Origin: Raillietiella orientalis | Taxonomy: Eukaryota | Length of the DNA stretch: 64,000 nucleotides | Direction of reading: 5' to 3' | NCBI GenBank assembly: GCA_036172245.1 | Contig: JAYWIR010000073.1 | Coordinates: 310,001-374,000, forward strand | Shown here: positions 14,001-26,060 of the stretch, piece after piece | How positions within the stretch are numbered: the first letter of the stretch is position 1 | Layout: each line of letters starts with the position of its first letter | Position numbers and translations under genes: made by a program | The notes under the pieces: model-generated | Seen by the model: only the letters and a program-made list of their open reading frames with translations | Databases searched by the model: none | Told to the model about the DNA's origin: nothing

Positions 14001-14399
14001 TCATTTCATCGCGGATGTCAGCTCCGACGACCCTTCCAGAGCTCGTGGGTCCTGTGGCTGCATCTTCCCATCACTTCCGCACTCTGTGGCAACAACTACC
14101 ACTGTTCTCCGTTGCCAATCCTTATTTCCTGACCTCTGAATCATCCACTTTCAAGTCTCCCCCGCGACCCTCATGAAGTGAGGAATACCATGGTCAGTTG
14201 CCTTTTGCCACGATTCCTTGCTTGTAGGCACTATCTTCAGTTGGTGACCGCTCCACCAGTGCCTGTTTTCTTCTCCACGTTCTCCGAATCTCCACGTTTG
14301 CCAATTGGAGCTGACATCAGTTCTTTCGAATTGTTAATCAGCCTCGAGGGGACTCTGTGCACCGCGTACTGATCTTTGGAAGCCCCAGAGGCAACGCGA

Positions 14400-14740
14400 G
14401 AGACGTTTTCAAGCGCCAATTCCTGCGCGATGCCCTCACGCCGTCCGCGTCCGCAGCAACACCTTCCTGTCCACGTGGCTGGACCGCGGCTGCATGGAGC
14501 AGCGCCAGAAAAAACAGAACGACAGGGAAGCCATCTGTTTTGCTGTCCTTTCCTTTAAAACATCGTCAAGATGGACCCAATTGGAAGTCTCGGAACAAAA
14601 CTCTCCGACGACCTTACAAGGATGCAGAGGACGCCCTCCAGCACGCAGTGATCCCTCCCCGACCCCTCAGCCCCATCACTTTCTGACTGCATGTTTTTTG
14701 CCTTTTTTATTCTATTCTTTTTGTTTGTCTCCCCTGTCGT
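14400..14740 (+). mobile_element. Non-LTR retrotransposon 3' remnant
   Basis: aggatgcagagg...gtgatccctcccc (~14618-14660) matches aggatgcagagg...gtgactccctcccc (~25956-25999). Both follow an RW-x-[HQ]-L peptide and precede a T-rich tract. Confidence 0.5.
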
Positions 14741-16459
14741 GGCGACTCTCACCGGTCTGCGCACCAGTTCCCGGCAGGGTTTTTTGCGTGGTTTTAAGCC
14801 ACGTGGTGGGATCAAACGCCCTTCCACTTGCTCATTTTTGAGATGGCGGAGCGTTGCTGATCCGGCTGGAAGGGCTGCTCGTCCTCGCGGAAGAGCAGAA
14901 GGCAAAGAAGCCGCTGAAATTCCACACGCCCCGACTTGCTTGCGTTGCTGGTGCGTGGTCACCGAGGCGGTCGCCGGTGACGATCCTCAATCTCTCCCAG
15001 GGAAGGACAGGATTCGCGTCGTAATGAGCGAGAAAGGAGCGATGCGTCATTCTTTAATGCCGAACTCGGAGCTCGTCCAGCAGTGGCACCTTCCTCTCGT
15101 CCGATCGGAGTGCCACGCACGGCAATTCCGGGCCACCTCGCTCCCTGACCCTTTCGCGGTTTGATCTGAAAGCGGATGCGACTATTCGGGCAGAGAGTGA
15201 CCTCCACTGCAAAGAACGGGCCCGCGTTCCCTCGAGCCATCCTCGTTACATCCCGTGTAGTCTCTGCTTCCTGACGTCGGCTGCAACGGAACGGCAACTG
15301 CCTAGCCTGGAGGGCGAAGAGCGGGTGCACCCTCCCTCGAGCGATCGAAGAGCCAGCTGCGCAGGAGCGTCATTTTGGCCCTTGCGCGGTCATTCCGGCG
15401 TGCATCGTTACGGGCCGCTTGGCGATCGAGAACGGCCGGATCACTTTCGAGCCCCTCAACCGCGTTGCCTGGCTACGGGACGCAGCGCAAAATCGTACGC
15501 GGGCGAGGGGCAGACTACCGTCGTGGCCAGCCAGGGTGGGTACCCCACCCAGAGGGACGCAGCTCCTGGAGATGCACTAGGAAGTCTCTTTCGACGATCA
15601 CCGCAGGCAATGCGTTGCCCTCGAGTGCCTGTCGAGCCGGAAAAAGAAAGAACACCAAGGGAGTGGGGTGGGGAGTGATGCCAGCATTGACGACCTCTCC
15701 GCCTCTGGAGGTCAACACCGGTTTCCCGTGAAAAACAGAAAACGAAGGTCCCGTCGATGGAGCGAGGCGCAGCGCGTTGCCACTGACGACGGGGTTTGGC
15801 ACGGAGCGTCTTCAGCCACCGACGGAGACATCGCGCTGGTCGAAAGCAAAACCCAACCGTCGATTCGGGTAGCGAAGTGGCCGTAAGGACGGCATGTGCC
15901 TCGGGCGGCGCCAGCAGAGCCGCTTCCGAGGAATGGCACCAGCGCCTCCTCCGCGTGCCGGCGTGTGTGTCGCGCTGCGAAGGGAGGGTGCGCAGGGGCG
16001 ACCTTTGGAGAGACTGTGACAGAGGGCGGCTCGCGCGGACGCCTGCCTAACGTCAGTGCACGCTGGACCGCTTACCACCGCCCACTCAGAGCACGTCGGC
16101 GCCGAGCGGCCATGCGGCCGTAGATACCCTGTGCGCACCTGAACGTGGCAGTTAGGCGGAAGTGGATTCCTTTCTTTTCGCGACATTTTACTCCATCAAT
16201 CCATAGTAAAGCTTGCGTATTTGGTCACCACAGGATCACTGGTTGTGCACTGGGCGTGAAGACGTCCTCGGATGATGATAATGGGGTTCGGTGATGTGAC
16301 GGTCGAACACCTGGCTCTTCGGATTGCAGTATTTCTTTCGGTGACTTTGCGGTTCCAGAGCGCTTCCCGCGCGTTTACAAGTTCCCATCTTCAGCTACCG
16401 CCAAAAGTTTCCACAGGGCAGGCGACGGATAGAATCTTCGAGAACCGAGGCACCCGCAT

Positions 16460-17560
16460 CTGTGAGATCAGCCGCCGTCATCAGCCGCCAAAGGGGGGAA
16501 GTGGAATTCTTTCGCTTACTCGGCACACCGGAAGCGGAAGAGGCGGTCGACCAAATGAGACGTCACCTCTTGCGCTTTTTCGAATGCGACCCTGCCGGCA
16601 GTGAGTTGCCGTCTTCGAGTGCGTCCTTCGCTGGAACCCGAGGTCTCAGCGGTAGCGAGGAGGCGGCCTTCAGAGAGACTTCCATCACGAGTAGGGTTCA
16701 GCAACCATCTCGCTTAATGCGCAGCGGTATGCTCCCGGGTTCCTGCCGCAGCGGCTCCAGGATCGGGAGCTTCGAGCTGCGTGTACACTTTCCTTCGTCG
16801 ACCTTGACTGGTGGCATTCGTGATGGAAATCTCTTGGGTTCTTCTGCTTCCCTTTTTGCCTCCCAGCCTTTTTTTTTATTTCGATTTCCAGGGAGTGCCG
16901 AAGAACCGTTCGCCTCCTCAGGGGGGTTACGAAGCTCCTTGAACACTGTCCATGACTCCGAGGGTGCGTGCCAACTCTTCGAAACAGGGGGTACTCCGGG
17001 AGGGAACCACCCTACGTATCCAGGAAAGCTCCGGAGGAAGGACTTTATTTTCCTTACGGTTGGGAGGGAACCATCTCTTCGTTCCCTCTTCTCTCCCGGG
17101 GAGGGTCCCTGTTTCTTCCTTTGAAGAGAACCCTGAAGGGACGCTTCCCGATCTCCTCGGAAGCGAAGGGAGCAGCGCGTTTCTTGGCCCGCTTGAGAGG
17201 CAACCCCTGTGGGAGAGATCAATCAGCTCCATACGACGCAATGGAAGGTCTTCAGAGGGGAGGGACGTCTCCGTTTTCGCAGCCGAAGAGGAACTCCCAA
17301 GGGAACTGGCTCGCGATTTCCGGAAGAACCCTGAGGGTCAACTTCCAATCCCGGTGGCTGACCAAGGGGGGGGGGATTCTGGCTTCCCCGAGTGCCGCAC
17401 CCGGATAGGCCAACCAGCGCCATCTCGCGGAGGGAACTGGAAACTCACGATACGCGGTCCCCGTTCACGGAGTCGCCCGTTCCCCCCCCCCGGGCGGGAC
17501 TCGAACCCGTTGTGCCTGGTGCCACCCACCGCGGGCGGAGAAATATACCTTTCTGTGTTG
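16460..17560 (+). mobile_element. Non-LTR retrotransposon 3' remnant plus junction repeat copy
   Basis: HLLRFFECDPAGSELPSSSASFAGTRGL resembles DLMRRFFTPGGLSLGAVVATVCCTRAI of the 21.8 kb copy. A T-run follows at ~16868, then sequence homologous to 29.3-29.97 kb (inverted) and 58.3-58.9 kb. Confidence 0.55.
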
Positions 17561-18959
17561 CATTTTTTTCCCTCACGGCCGCAGCAGATTCACGGCTGAT
17601 CAGGTACGGAGCTCCCGCATCGTCTTCAGGAGAATTCTCGAGTCAGAGCGAAACGGAAGCTGCCTGCGCCCTGGAAGGATCTTTTTTGCCTTGTCCGTCA
17701 CCAGCGCCGAACGCTTTGTCGTCCCCATGGCTTCTCAGCTTCATGCAGGAATCCTTAGAGGAAGAAGGCGCACTGGTCCGCCAAACGAATCATTCGAATC
17801 GGAGCGCACTTCTTAGATCGGCCCTCGGTCTGTACGCGGATCCTTCCAGGGTCCTCCCCGCTCCGGGTCCCTGTCCCAGGTTCCTTCGTCATCCCTACCT
17901 CACCATCCCGAGCCATTCCATCGTCGTCTCCCAGCAGATGTTTTGCGAATGATGGGATGTGGCCTGATCTATTTGCCACAAATAAAGGGGGAAGATCTCC
18001 GGTGGCGACGATCGTAGCAACTTATCAGGAAGGATGGCCGGAAGGAAAAACTCCAAGAGTTGCTCATGATAGATTTTCGTGATATTCTCTTGAAGCTGCG
18101 AAGTCAGCTGACTTGTACGGCAGCGAGACTCAGTGGGGAGGTTAATTGCGTTTTCAAAGGTCAAGGGCCACGAAAAGCACTTTGGACGGTTCCTCTGATT
18201 AATTGATCGGCATATAATTGCATCACTTAAGTGAGGGATGCCTTTCCTGCAGCTCCTCCGTAGCAGCACATCGAAGGCGCTTAGGGATGCGGAAGGCGAA
18301 AATCTCCTGGAACAACTTTATGCGGCGTAAACGGCTAAGTGGGAGGACTGGAGGTATCCGCTGGTAGCTGCAAAAGTGGTATGCGAAGAATAAGGTGCCC
18401 TCAAAAAAATAGGAATAATCTAAGAGAGTCGTTTGCCCCTCGCGTCTTGGTGAATGCAAGCTGCATTTACGAAAAGTGTACGATCATGGACATAAATAGG
18501 CACAGACCTGCAGCCCGTAGGAAATGTCAGTACCATGGAAGGAATTCGGATCGATCAGGAAAAGTTAGTGGGAACTCGGTGGCGACGTGAACGAGCGCCA
18601 GAAACTGCACGGAGATCAGGGAGATCGGTGGAAAGAAGAGCAACGTAAAACGGAGGGTAGAATCTTATGTGCAGCATCCGAGTGCCAACGACTGAGCAGC
18701 CGTGAACACGGCGCCCATAATGACGGCGACTCGCACAAAAATCAGTAAAGGGAAAAACGCGATCTGAAGAAAATGGGTAGCTTTGCTGCCACTGCTGGAA
18801 AGCAATCCGGGAAGTCTGGAAAGAAGGGACGCGATTCCGAGACAGGAGTGAATCCTTCACCAGACTGAAAGAACGTCAAAGAAACCAAAATGACGGTAGA
18901 TCGACCACCGTTCCATGCCATTATGTCCAAGAGCGCGAAAGAAATGCGAAGAGATCTGA

Positions 18960-20760
18960 AAGAGCAACAACTGAGCATCGGCAGTTTGAAAAGTGTTTGT
19001 GACGGGAAGAATTCTTCAGTTCGGGCGATTTCTTCAAGTCTTCTGAGCTTCAGAGCACATTTCTACTCTCGGAACGTACAATCCAATGGCCAATCTTGAA
19101 GCTTGATTCTGTTCGTCGTTGGCATCGTTGCTCCCATGACGTCATTCTGTAACCGAAAAATCCGGTTCCTGCTTGCATTCATACTTGCGATACCTTTCAG
19201 CAGTGTGCAGCACCTCGTAAGCAGGGGATGAAAGTGTATTGGGAAACAATTCTGTCCGGGTGGACAGACGGCGTGTTTCCCTGTCGAAACCAGTCATTCC
19301 ACGAGCTGCTGCAATTCCTCCCGTTTCTGCACGGTCGGTTTCTTCCACTTCCGGGCTCTTGAATTTCCTTCTTTGCATCTCGCATGCTCCATCACGGTTC
19401 TTTCCTCTGTCACCCACGTTGCCCTTCCTCGACCAACGGATACTTCGCATTTGATAGTTCCAAGACCACGGTTATAGACTTCATTCGAGGTAGAATGGTG
19501 AGGCTCGCGAGAACTTGACAGCCGCTCTTCCTGAAGAGTCTGCCACGAATTCTAGGGCACCACACCGAGCTGCAAGGTGGGAGGAGATGTGCTTGCGGGT
19601 CTCCGCACTGAGTCTTCCTCCTCTTGCTTCAACGAGAGGAAAGGTAAGCCCGAATCGGTACCACCGCTGCCACCTTCACACGACCGGAAGCGTCGGCGTC
19701 AGCGGCTGTTCTTATTGCCCACAGGGTGATCACTGCAAGATCAAAACTTGCTGGCGGTATATCATCTTCCATTCCATGGGTCTGGAAGGAAAAGCATCCC
19801 CGCTTGACGTCGGCGTCGTGCCGCGAAGGAACCTGCACCGACGAGTCGTCCTCATTCTTCGCGGCCAAATGCAGCGCCGTCAATCCCAGGTGGCACACGG
19901 CATTCACGACGCCGTGGAACCTCAGGAGATCAACCATTTCGCTGGTGGGGAGCTCATCGTCCTCAACCGGCGCAACGCCACTCGTGCTCGCCGGGCTGAA
20001 GTCGCTACGGTCGCTCCGAAACAAATCCTCCAAGCAGTCCTCTCTGTAGTTCAAGGCAACGTGGAGTGAGGTCCTTCCGTTGTTGTCTCGCGCGTTGATA
20101 TCGCTCCCACGTCCCAGAAGTCTCAGAACACCCTCGTTCCTGTTCCTCGCGGCGATGTGGAGGGCTGTGATGCCCTTGGAAGTCCTGGAGTTGACGCAGG
20201 TCCCGTAACTCAGGAGCACCTCCGCGGTTCCCGAGTTCTCGTTCCACGACGAAAAGTGGAGCGGCGTGTAGTTCTTTATGAGCGACACGGGATCCATGCA
20301 GACTTCAGGAGCTCCTCGGTCACCGAGCTGAACCCGGACGCGGCCGCCACGTGGAGCGGCGTCGCTCCGTTCTTGTTTGCGGCGTCCACGCACGCTCCGC
20401 TGTCCAGCAGCGCCCTGACGACCTCCCTCGCGTTCCCCTGCGCCGCCAGGTGGAGCGGGGTGTTCCCGTCCCCGTTTCGGGCAGACACGTTGGTGTCTCC
20501 GCTGAGGAATATCATTACAGTCTCCACTTCCCCCATGTGGGCCACCTTGTGGAGCAGGCTGTCGGAAGGTCTTCTGGCGCTGCTGGGCTTGGCGAGGAGG
20601 AACTACGCCACTTCCGGGTAGTCCTTTCCGAGGGAGGCACTGACCATTTTGTTGAAATCGCTCTCGTCCTCCAAGCTCAACGGGTAGAGGTGGTCGATTT
20701 TTGCCAACGTTCCCCACCCGACCGCTTTCACCAATTCCTTGTAGGGGCTCTTACCTTTCA
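18960..20760 (-). pseudogene. Ankyrin-repeat (probably ANK-PRANC) pseudogene
   Basis: Clear ANK repeats (GNTPLHLAA, GATPLHVAA, YTPLHFSS, GITALHIAA, GLTALHLAA) are split across frames. In-frame TAG at 20605-20603 and a frameshift near 20300. The N-terminus YKELVKAV...YPEVA*FLL parallels LEELNVAI...YEVAELLL of the 804-aa gene. The C-terminal region is heavily degraded. Confidence 0.85.
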
Positions 20761-21749
20761 CCTTATCGGCAGAAGGAGGCGACCCTAATTCTGATTCATC
20801 ATGAGACCCCTGATGTCCCTTCACTTCATGCGTGTTCCTGTTCACACTGCACTGACGACTCCGATGGCCGATTCGCAGAATCGGGCAGCAAGCCCGTAGG
20901 CTCCAGGCTCCAGCAGTTCGAAGCATGGGGCGCGCGCGCATACGTCCGAATCTTCCTGGTTCGCCTCGTGCGATTTATTCGCGGTGCCCGCGCCGACACC
21001 AGACGATTTGCGGAATCAGGTAATGCGCCCGCGGGCTCCAGACATGCGCGCGCGCGCACACACAAACCCAAGGTGCGAAGCGAGTAGGGAACGGTGAGAA
21101 GGTCCGCCGGAAACTTCTCGAGGGGAAGGGGCAGCACGTGGGGGGAGGACGAGCTCCGCGCTCCGTGAGGGAGGAGACGATTGAAGCCGCCACTCCGTGC
21201 GTCAGGAACGACCGCACTGACGAGAGTGTCGCGGAGAACCGACGTCTCACGCATTGCAGAGAAACGCCTGGGCGTCTGCCAACCTCCTGCTGGGTTCCCG
21301 AAGCGTTAAAAGGGAAGAGGTTGGTCCAGGTTAGCGCTCGAGGCGATTTGGCTGAGGAACGCAAAGCACAGCAGAGCCGATGTCATTAGCATAATGACAT
21401 CGCTCCAAGCTGGCGGAAGTGACTCGAAGTGGATGGTGGCTCGTCGTTTCCCGGGCTGCGCCGGGAAAACAGCAAGCTAAAGGGGGGAAGAGGGGGGTCC
21501 CCAGTGCAAAGAGCGCCGGCACCTCGTTTCCGAAGGAACCGAATCCTCGGACTGCTGCAGACGAGAGACCCATGTGCTCTCAGGGACTGTTTATCACCCG
21601 GGTGCGCCAAAGCGTTTATTACAAACTATCCGGGAGCTCCGTTCCCGGACAAAGGATACAGAAAGACGAAGGGGGTGGGATCCCCGACACGCAGGTCGGT
21701 ATGCCGAAAGTCCGGAACAGGAGGGAGGGGACCACAAATACACTACTAT

Positions 21750-24000
21750 AAAAAATAAAAATAAAAATATGGTGGGCAGGGGACAGGGGCCTTTGGTACG
21801 GCCGTTCCTTCCTCTCAGAACCGGCGATGGATGCCGGCGATCTCTCTTCTCACGCCCTCTGGTAGGTGGGCCCACTCGGCAGCCGACGACATGCTCGCGC
21901 TGGCTATTCCGGTTGGCTGACGAAGGATGGCCAGCTTCTCCAACTCTCGGTGGGCCTTGTCGATGGCGCGAGTGCAACACACGGTTGCAACGACAGCACC
22001 TAAAGACAGGCCGCCTGGCGTGAAGAAGCGGCGCATCAAGTCTCTCGCGGTGTCCCCCTGGTGCAGGAGAGCTGAGGCCAGCCTCCGCCAAAGTCCTAGG
22101 AGGGCACCGCAGTCCAGGAGCAGGTGCGGGAGCGTTTCCACTTCCCCGCACCGCTTACAGCTTGGGGAGACAACTCCCCCGACCTCCGGGACTGTGGCAA
22201 AGGCTGGCAACCCGCGCTGCTGCGTCCGGCGGACGGGGCTGCGCACCATCTTGCTGCCCTGGAGCCACGCTCGCAGCGAGGGCAGATCATCCTCCTCGTG
22301 GGGATTGCAGTGGGGTGTCTCCTGGTCTATCCAAAGTACCGTTTAGTGATTCGCGTTCGCTCTGTCGCCGAGGCCGTCGCTGAAGGATGTTGCTGTAACT
22401 TCGGAAGCGCTCCTCAGAAGGTTTACTGAGGACGGTCGTTCGTGTCTTGAGCCTAAGGGCAGTGGAGTCCAGAAAGTTCTTCGCTAGATGCGCTCGGCGT
22501 CATTCCTGGGGATCTGGTGACAGGCAGATCTCTCCAGCCGCGGAGACTGCCTGCAGGCGCGGAATCATCGTGGCTGTAAACACTCAGCAGCTTTCATCTG
22601 AGACTTTCTGTCAGGTTCCCTTCAGAGACACCATTGGGAAAGGAGAACAGGGACCGTCGCAGGGTACGGTGAACGATAGTACCTCCCCCACCTGCCTGTG
22701 GACTGTGTTGCCTTCCGATTCTTATGGGACGTTTTGGGACGATCCTACGGACCCCGGTCGTCAACCCCAAGGACCTCGTGAAACTCCTCTTCTAATGGGA
22801 TGCCCTGCCGCCAGCTGCAGCCGCAACAGCTCTTCGATCCCCTTCCTGGATTGTGGTGTTCTGGAGCGATGCTGAAGCGGAACTGAACAAAGGGGACGCC
22901 GTCCATAAAAAAAAAGATAAAAAGGGGGAGGAAAAATATTCCTTGGGGAGAGGAGGGCAGAGAAAAGATCACTTTACACCGGAAGATGTCCTCTTTATCC
23001 CGTCCAGGATGCTAACAAGTATCGTTCTTCCATTGCCCAGGCGCGTCGGCGATTACCGCACTTCAGGAACGACCGCATCTTGAAGCGATTTTTAAAAAGA
23101 TCCGCCCCCAGTGGATGGAGTCCTTGTCCCATCTTCCCGCGTCCCAGGCTGCCACGATTCCTCAGATCCAGCAGGGAACAGCTAAGGATGCGAGCCACAG
23201 GAACTTGGGACAGTCCCCTGTCCCAAGTTCCTGTGGTTTTCAGTTTCAGTTCCAAGAAGGGTGGCTTTCAAAGTAGATGGGAAAATCTTTCCAAGTATGA
23301 CGCAAGAAATTCCTAAGAGCTGCCTCTGCAGAGCAGCGTGGCTGACTCGTGCAAGGAAAGATCTGTGAGTTTCTCCTTGCAGGAACAGATCCATCCCGTG
23401 GCAGTCGGAGAGTGGGGAACATGGCGTCACTTGTAGGGGATGGGAAGAGAACCGGTCGTCGAGTCCGCAATGATAGGATTACGAGAGACGTTGCAATGTT
23501 GGCCTCTATCTCTCCTCTCCGACGGTCCGTCTCGCAGGCACGGCGCTCTTTGCAATTCTCCGAGGCACGTGATTTGGGCTTCCTTTTCTTCTGGTCTCGC
23601 TAATCTCAGGAGAAGGAGGATGCTTTGCAACAGGAGGTTATTGACGCACTGGCCAGAGTCCTTCTCATCTTTTCCATCACGGCTGCTATCCTAACCATGA
23701 GGACGGACCCTAACATTACTCCTAACAGTATCCTAGTCTGAGCATCTTCAAAGCACCGGAAGTGGTTCTGTGGGAATACAGGAGTTCACGGAAAGAGAGC
23801 TAATTTTTCCAGTTCTCTGATCGGAGGCCAATGAAGAGCTGGACAGAAGCGATCAGACGCATAAGAAGCGCGCTGGGCGAGTCCTCGAGTGAGCACAGCT
23901 TCGTTTAGAAAGAGATGGATGGGTGGACCCTCGGAACTTCCTCTTTTGGGATGCCAGGTCCGCTTTGCGTCTCTCTGTTCAGTGACCAACTGATTTCCTT
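21750..24000 (-). mobile_element. Decayed L1/Tx1-like LINE ORF2 (APE, RT, zinc knuckle remnants)
   Basis: SCKRCGEVETLPHLLLDC zinc knuckle (ORF 21815-22249). HPIRRGVSRG (~22790) resembles the RT RGVRQG motif. RTWHPKRG...IHLFL...SDRFCP (~23830-23960) resembles the APE TW...RIDYFL...SDHCP motif. T-rich tract after the stop. Confidence 0.75.
23195..23236. repeat. Perfect 19-bp inverted repeat, 4-nt spacer
   Basis: ccacaggaacttgggacag-tccc-ctgtcccaagttcctgtgg. Confidence 0.95.
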
Positions 24001-24379
24001 CACTCGTTCGTTCTTCCTTCTGGTGATAACCAGGGAGAGGAACCGTTGCACGGAGCAGCGAAATCCTTGGAGCTTTTGAGAGCGCGGGGCAAAGACGAGT
24101 CTCGTGACCGAATGCTCCAGTCGCTGCTGACCTCGCTAATGAGACAGAACGCCTTTTCGCGTACCGCGCCCTCCCTCGAGGTACCGATCACATAAAGTGT
24201 TCATTTACACCACATGGAATGAAATACTTTCATCTTTCCCACACATGTGTTATTGATTCAAACATTAGACTTATAAAATCTGCAATTCATTTGGGCGTGG
24301 TACGCCTCAAAAAGAATTCATCCACGACACAACCGTAATTCTCTGCCGTTTTCGGTGTTTCAGAGGGGTGAGTCAGCCA

Positions 24380-24437
24380 CCGAGAATGGGCAGCCATTTA
24401 CATCGGCTGCCCATTCTCGGGCAGCCGATGTAAATGG
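24380..24437. repeat. Interlocked double inverted repeat (16-bp and 19-bp stems)
   Basis: 24380-24395 pairs with 24405-24420; 24394-24412 pairs with 24419-24437. Confidence 0.95.
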
Positions 24438-25299
24438 AATTTCCTTTACTGCCGTTGCTAAGGGAAGTGTGGGAGCGTGGGTGTCCAACTCGAAGATCGA
24501 TGGTGCGAACTTATGTCGCGAGCACAAGGTGAAAGAACACTTGCCAGACGCAAGTGTGCGTGTACATAGCGCTCAAAGGGTTACCAAAGGGTCCTTCATC
24601 GCTCTCAAAGGACCGCACCCGGAAGATCCTCCTGTCCTGTGTCGCTCCCAGGCAATTCCCCCGAGGCGACGCTCCCAGCCCACTCTTGCCAAATTCCCCA
24701 TCGCGTCCTTACCTTACTATTCCCTGACCTCCCCAACCCTCACCGCAAGATGAGCAGGAACGGTTGCATCGCTGGGAAACGTTCGTTCATTCCGATAAAT
24801 CACATGCATTCAGCGATTCGTTCCCCCCACCCTCCCCCCGTTTGAATGTAAAAACAAAATAAAAAGGAAGGAGAACTGATTTATAGGGCACATCTTTTTG
24901 CTTAGTGGATCGTTCTTTATAGGAAACGGCGTGAATTACTGTAATCAACGTCACGGCGAAAGTGCAAAGGGGGGAAGACGAGGGATAAATTGTCTCACAG
25001 CATCAGAATCGCGTTCGCCTTAGAACTTGATCTCGGCTCTGGTACAGAAGAACTTGATTTGGATAAAGGACAGGCAGGGATGATGCCAGCGGCAAGTGCA
25101 CCGTTTTCTCGAATTCTTGGTCGGTGCTGACGGTGCGAGCGGGGATGAAGCGGGGACGAAGCACCGACAGCATCCCGGACTGTTCCTGCCGCGGTGAATT
25201 CCGTTGACTGGGAATCTCCTGAACAGTTCCGAGCGCGTCCGAGGAAGTGCAAAGAGCTCCCCGAGTTTCACAGACCGACCCGCTACTTGAGGTTTTGTC

Positions 25300-26060
25300 T
25301 CCGTCGAGGTTTCCGCAGCAACCACTTGGAAACGGAATGGGCGCACTTTCCTTGGGAACTTCTCACCGCCGCAAGTTCATTCTCGGAGATGAGGTGTGGC
25401 TCGCGGGAAAAGGTCCCTTGCTTCCTCTTCCAGGGTGGTGTGATCGCGCCCGAAGGCAGGAGAACCCCAGCCGGGCTAGACGTTTCGGAATCGATCGGTG
25501 CGGGCAACACTGCCCTCACTTGCCCCTGAAGTGAGTGGCAGGAGTGGGCGATGCTCCTGCTGCATTGGGACCTCCCGTGTAATGCTCGCTGACACCTTCG
25601 GACCCGGGAGAGCGCGAGTCCCAACTGCAGCAGGTGCGGAGGAAGCACCCGCTCGTGGGTTGCGCTGCCCTCCGACCCATTTGAGATCGCCTCGCGACGA
25701 CCCTAGGAATCCCGGCGGACGTCCCCAGGGAGATTTTCAGACGCCCTTCCGTGCGCAGTGCCGCACTGCCGCCGGCCGCGTCGCTCGCAGTTTCTCTGCT
25801 GTCCCGTTAGCAGAATCACACCAACCTGGAACACGGGAAGAAGAGACCGAAATTGCAGGGACACCATCCACTGGGAGCGGATCTTCCTGAGGACCGCCTT
25901 GAGATGGCCCCACTTGGGCACTATATGGACGGAACTTGCCGGCGGCATCCTGAACAGGATGCAGAGGGCTCCGGGCAGAGTGCTGTGACTCCCTCCCCGT
26001 GTAAAATCCTTCTCCTTCACCCGTTTTGATTGTTTTTTGTTTGTTTTTGTTTTCCCCTCC
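25300..26060 (+). mobile_element. Non-LTR retrotransposon 3' remnant
   Basis: Frame ends ...LRWPHLGTIWTELAGGILNRMQRAPGRVL*, comparable to EWAHLPEGVRREIAGIHRRF* at 21815, followed by a T-rich tract. Confidence 0.55.

Noticed and set aside
17480..17540. tRNA gene on the minus strand
   Set aside because: Only a T-arm/B-box-like piece; no D-arm, anticodon arm or acceptor pairing could be built.
23190..23240. RGLSQVPV as an RT QG motif
   Set aside because: The peptide arises from the perfect palindrome and reads similarly on both strands.
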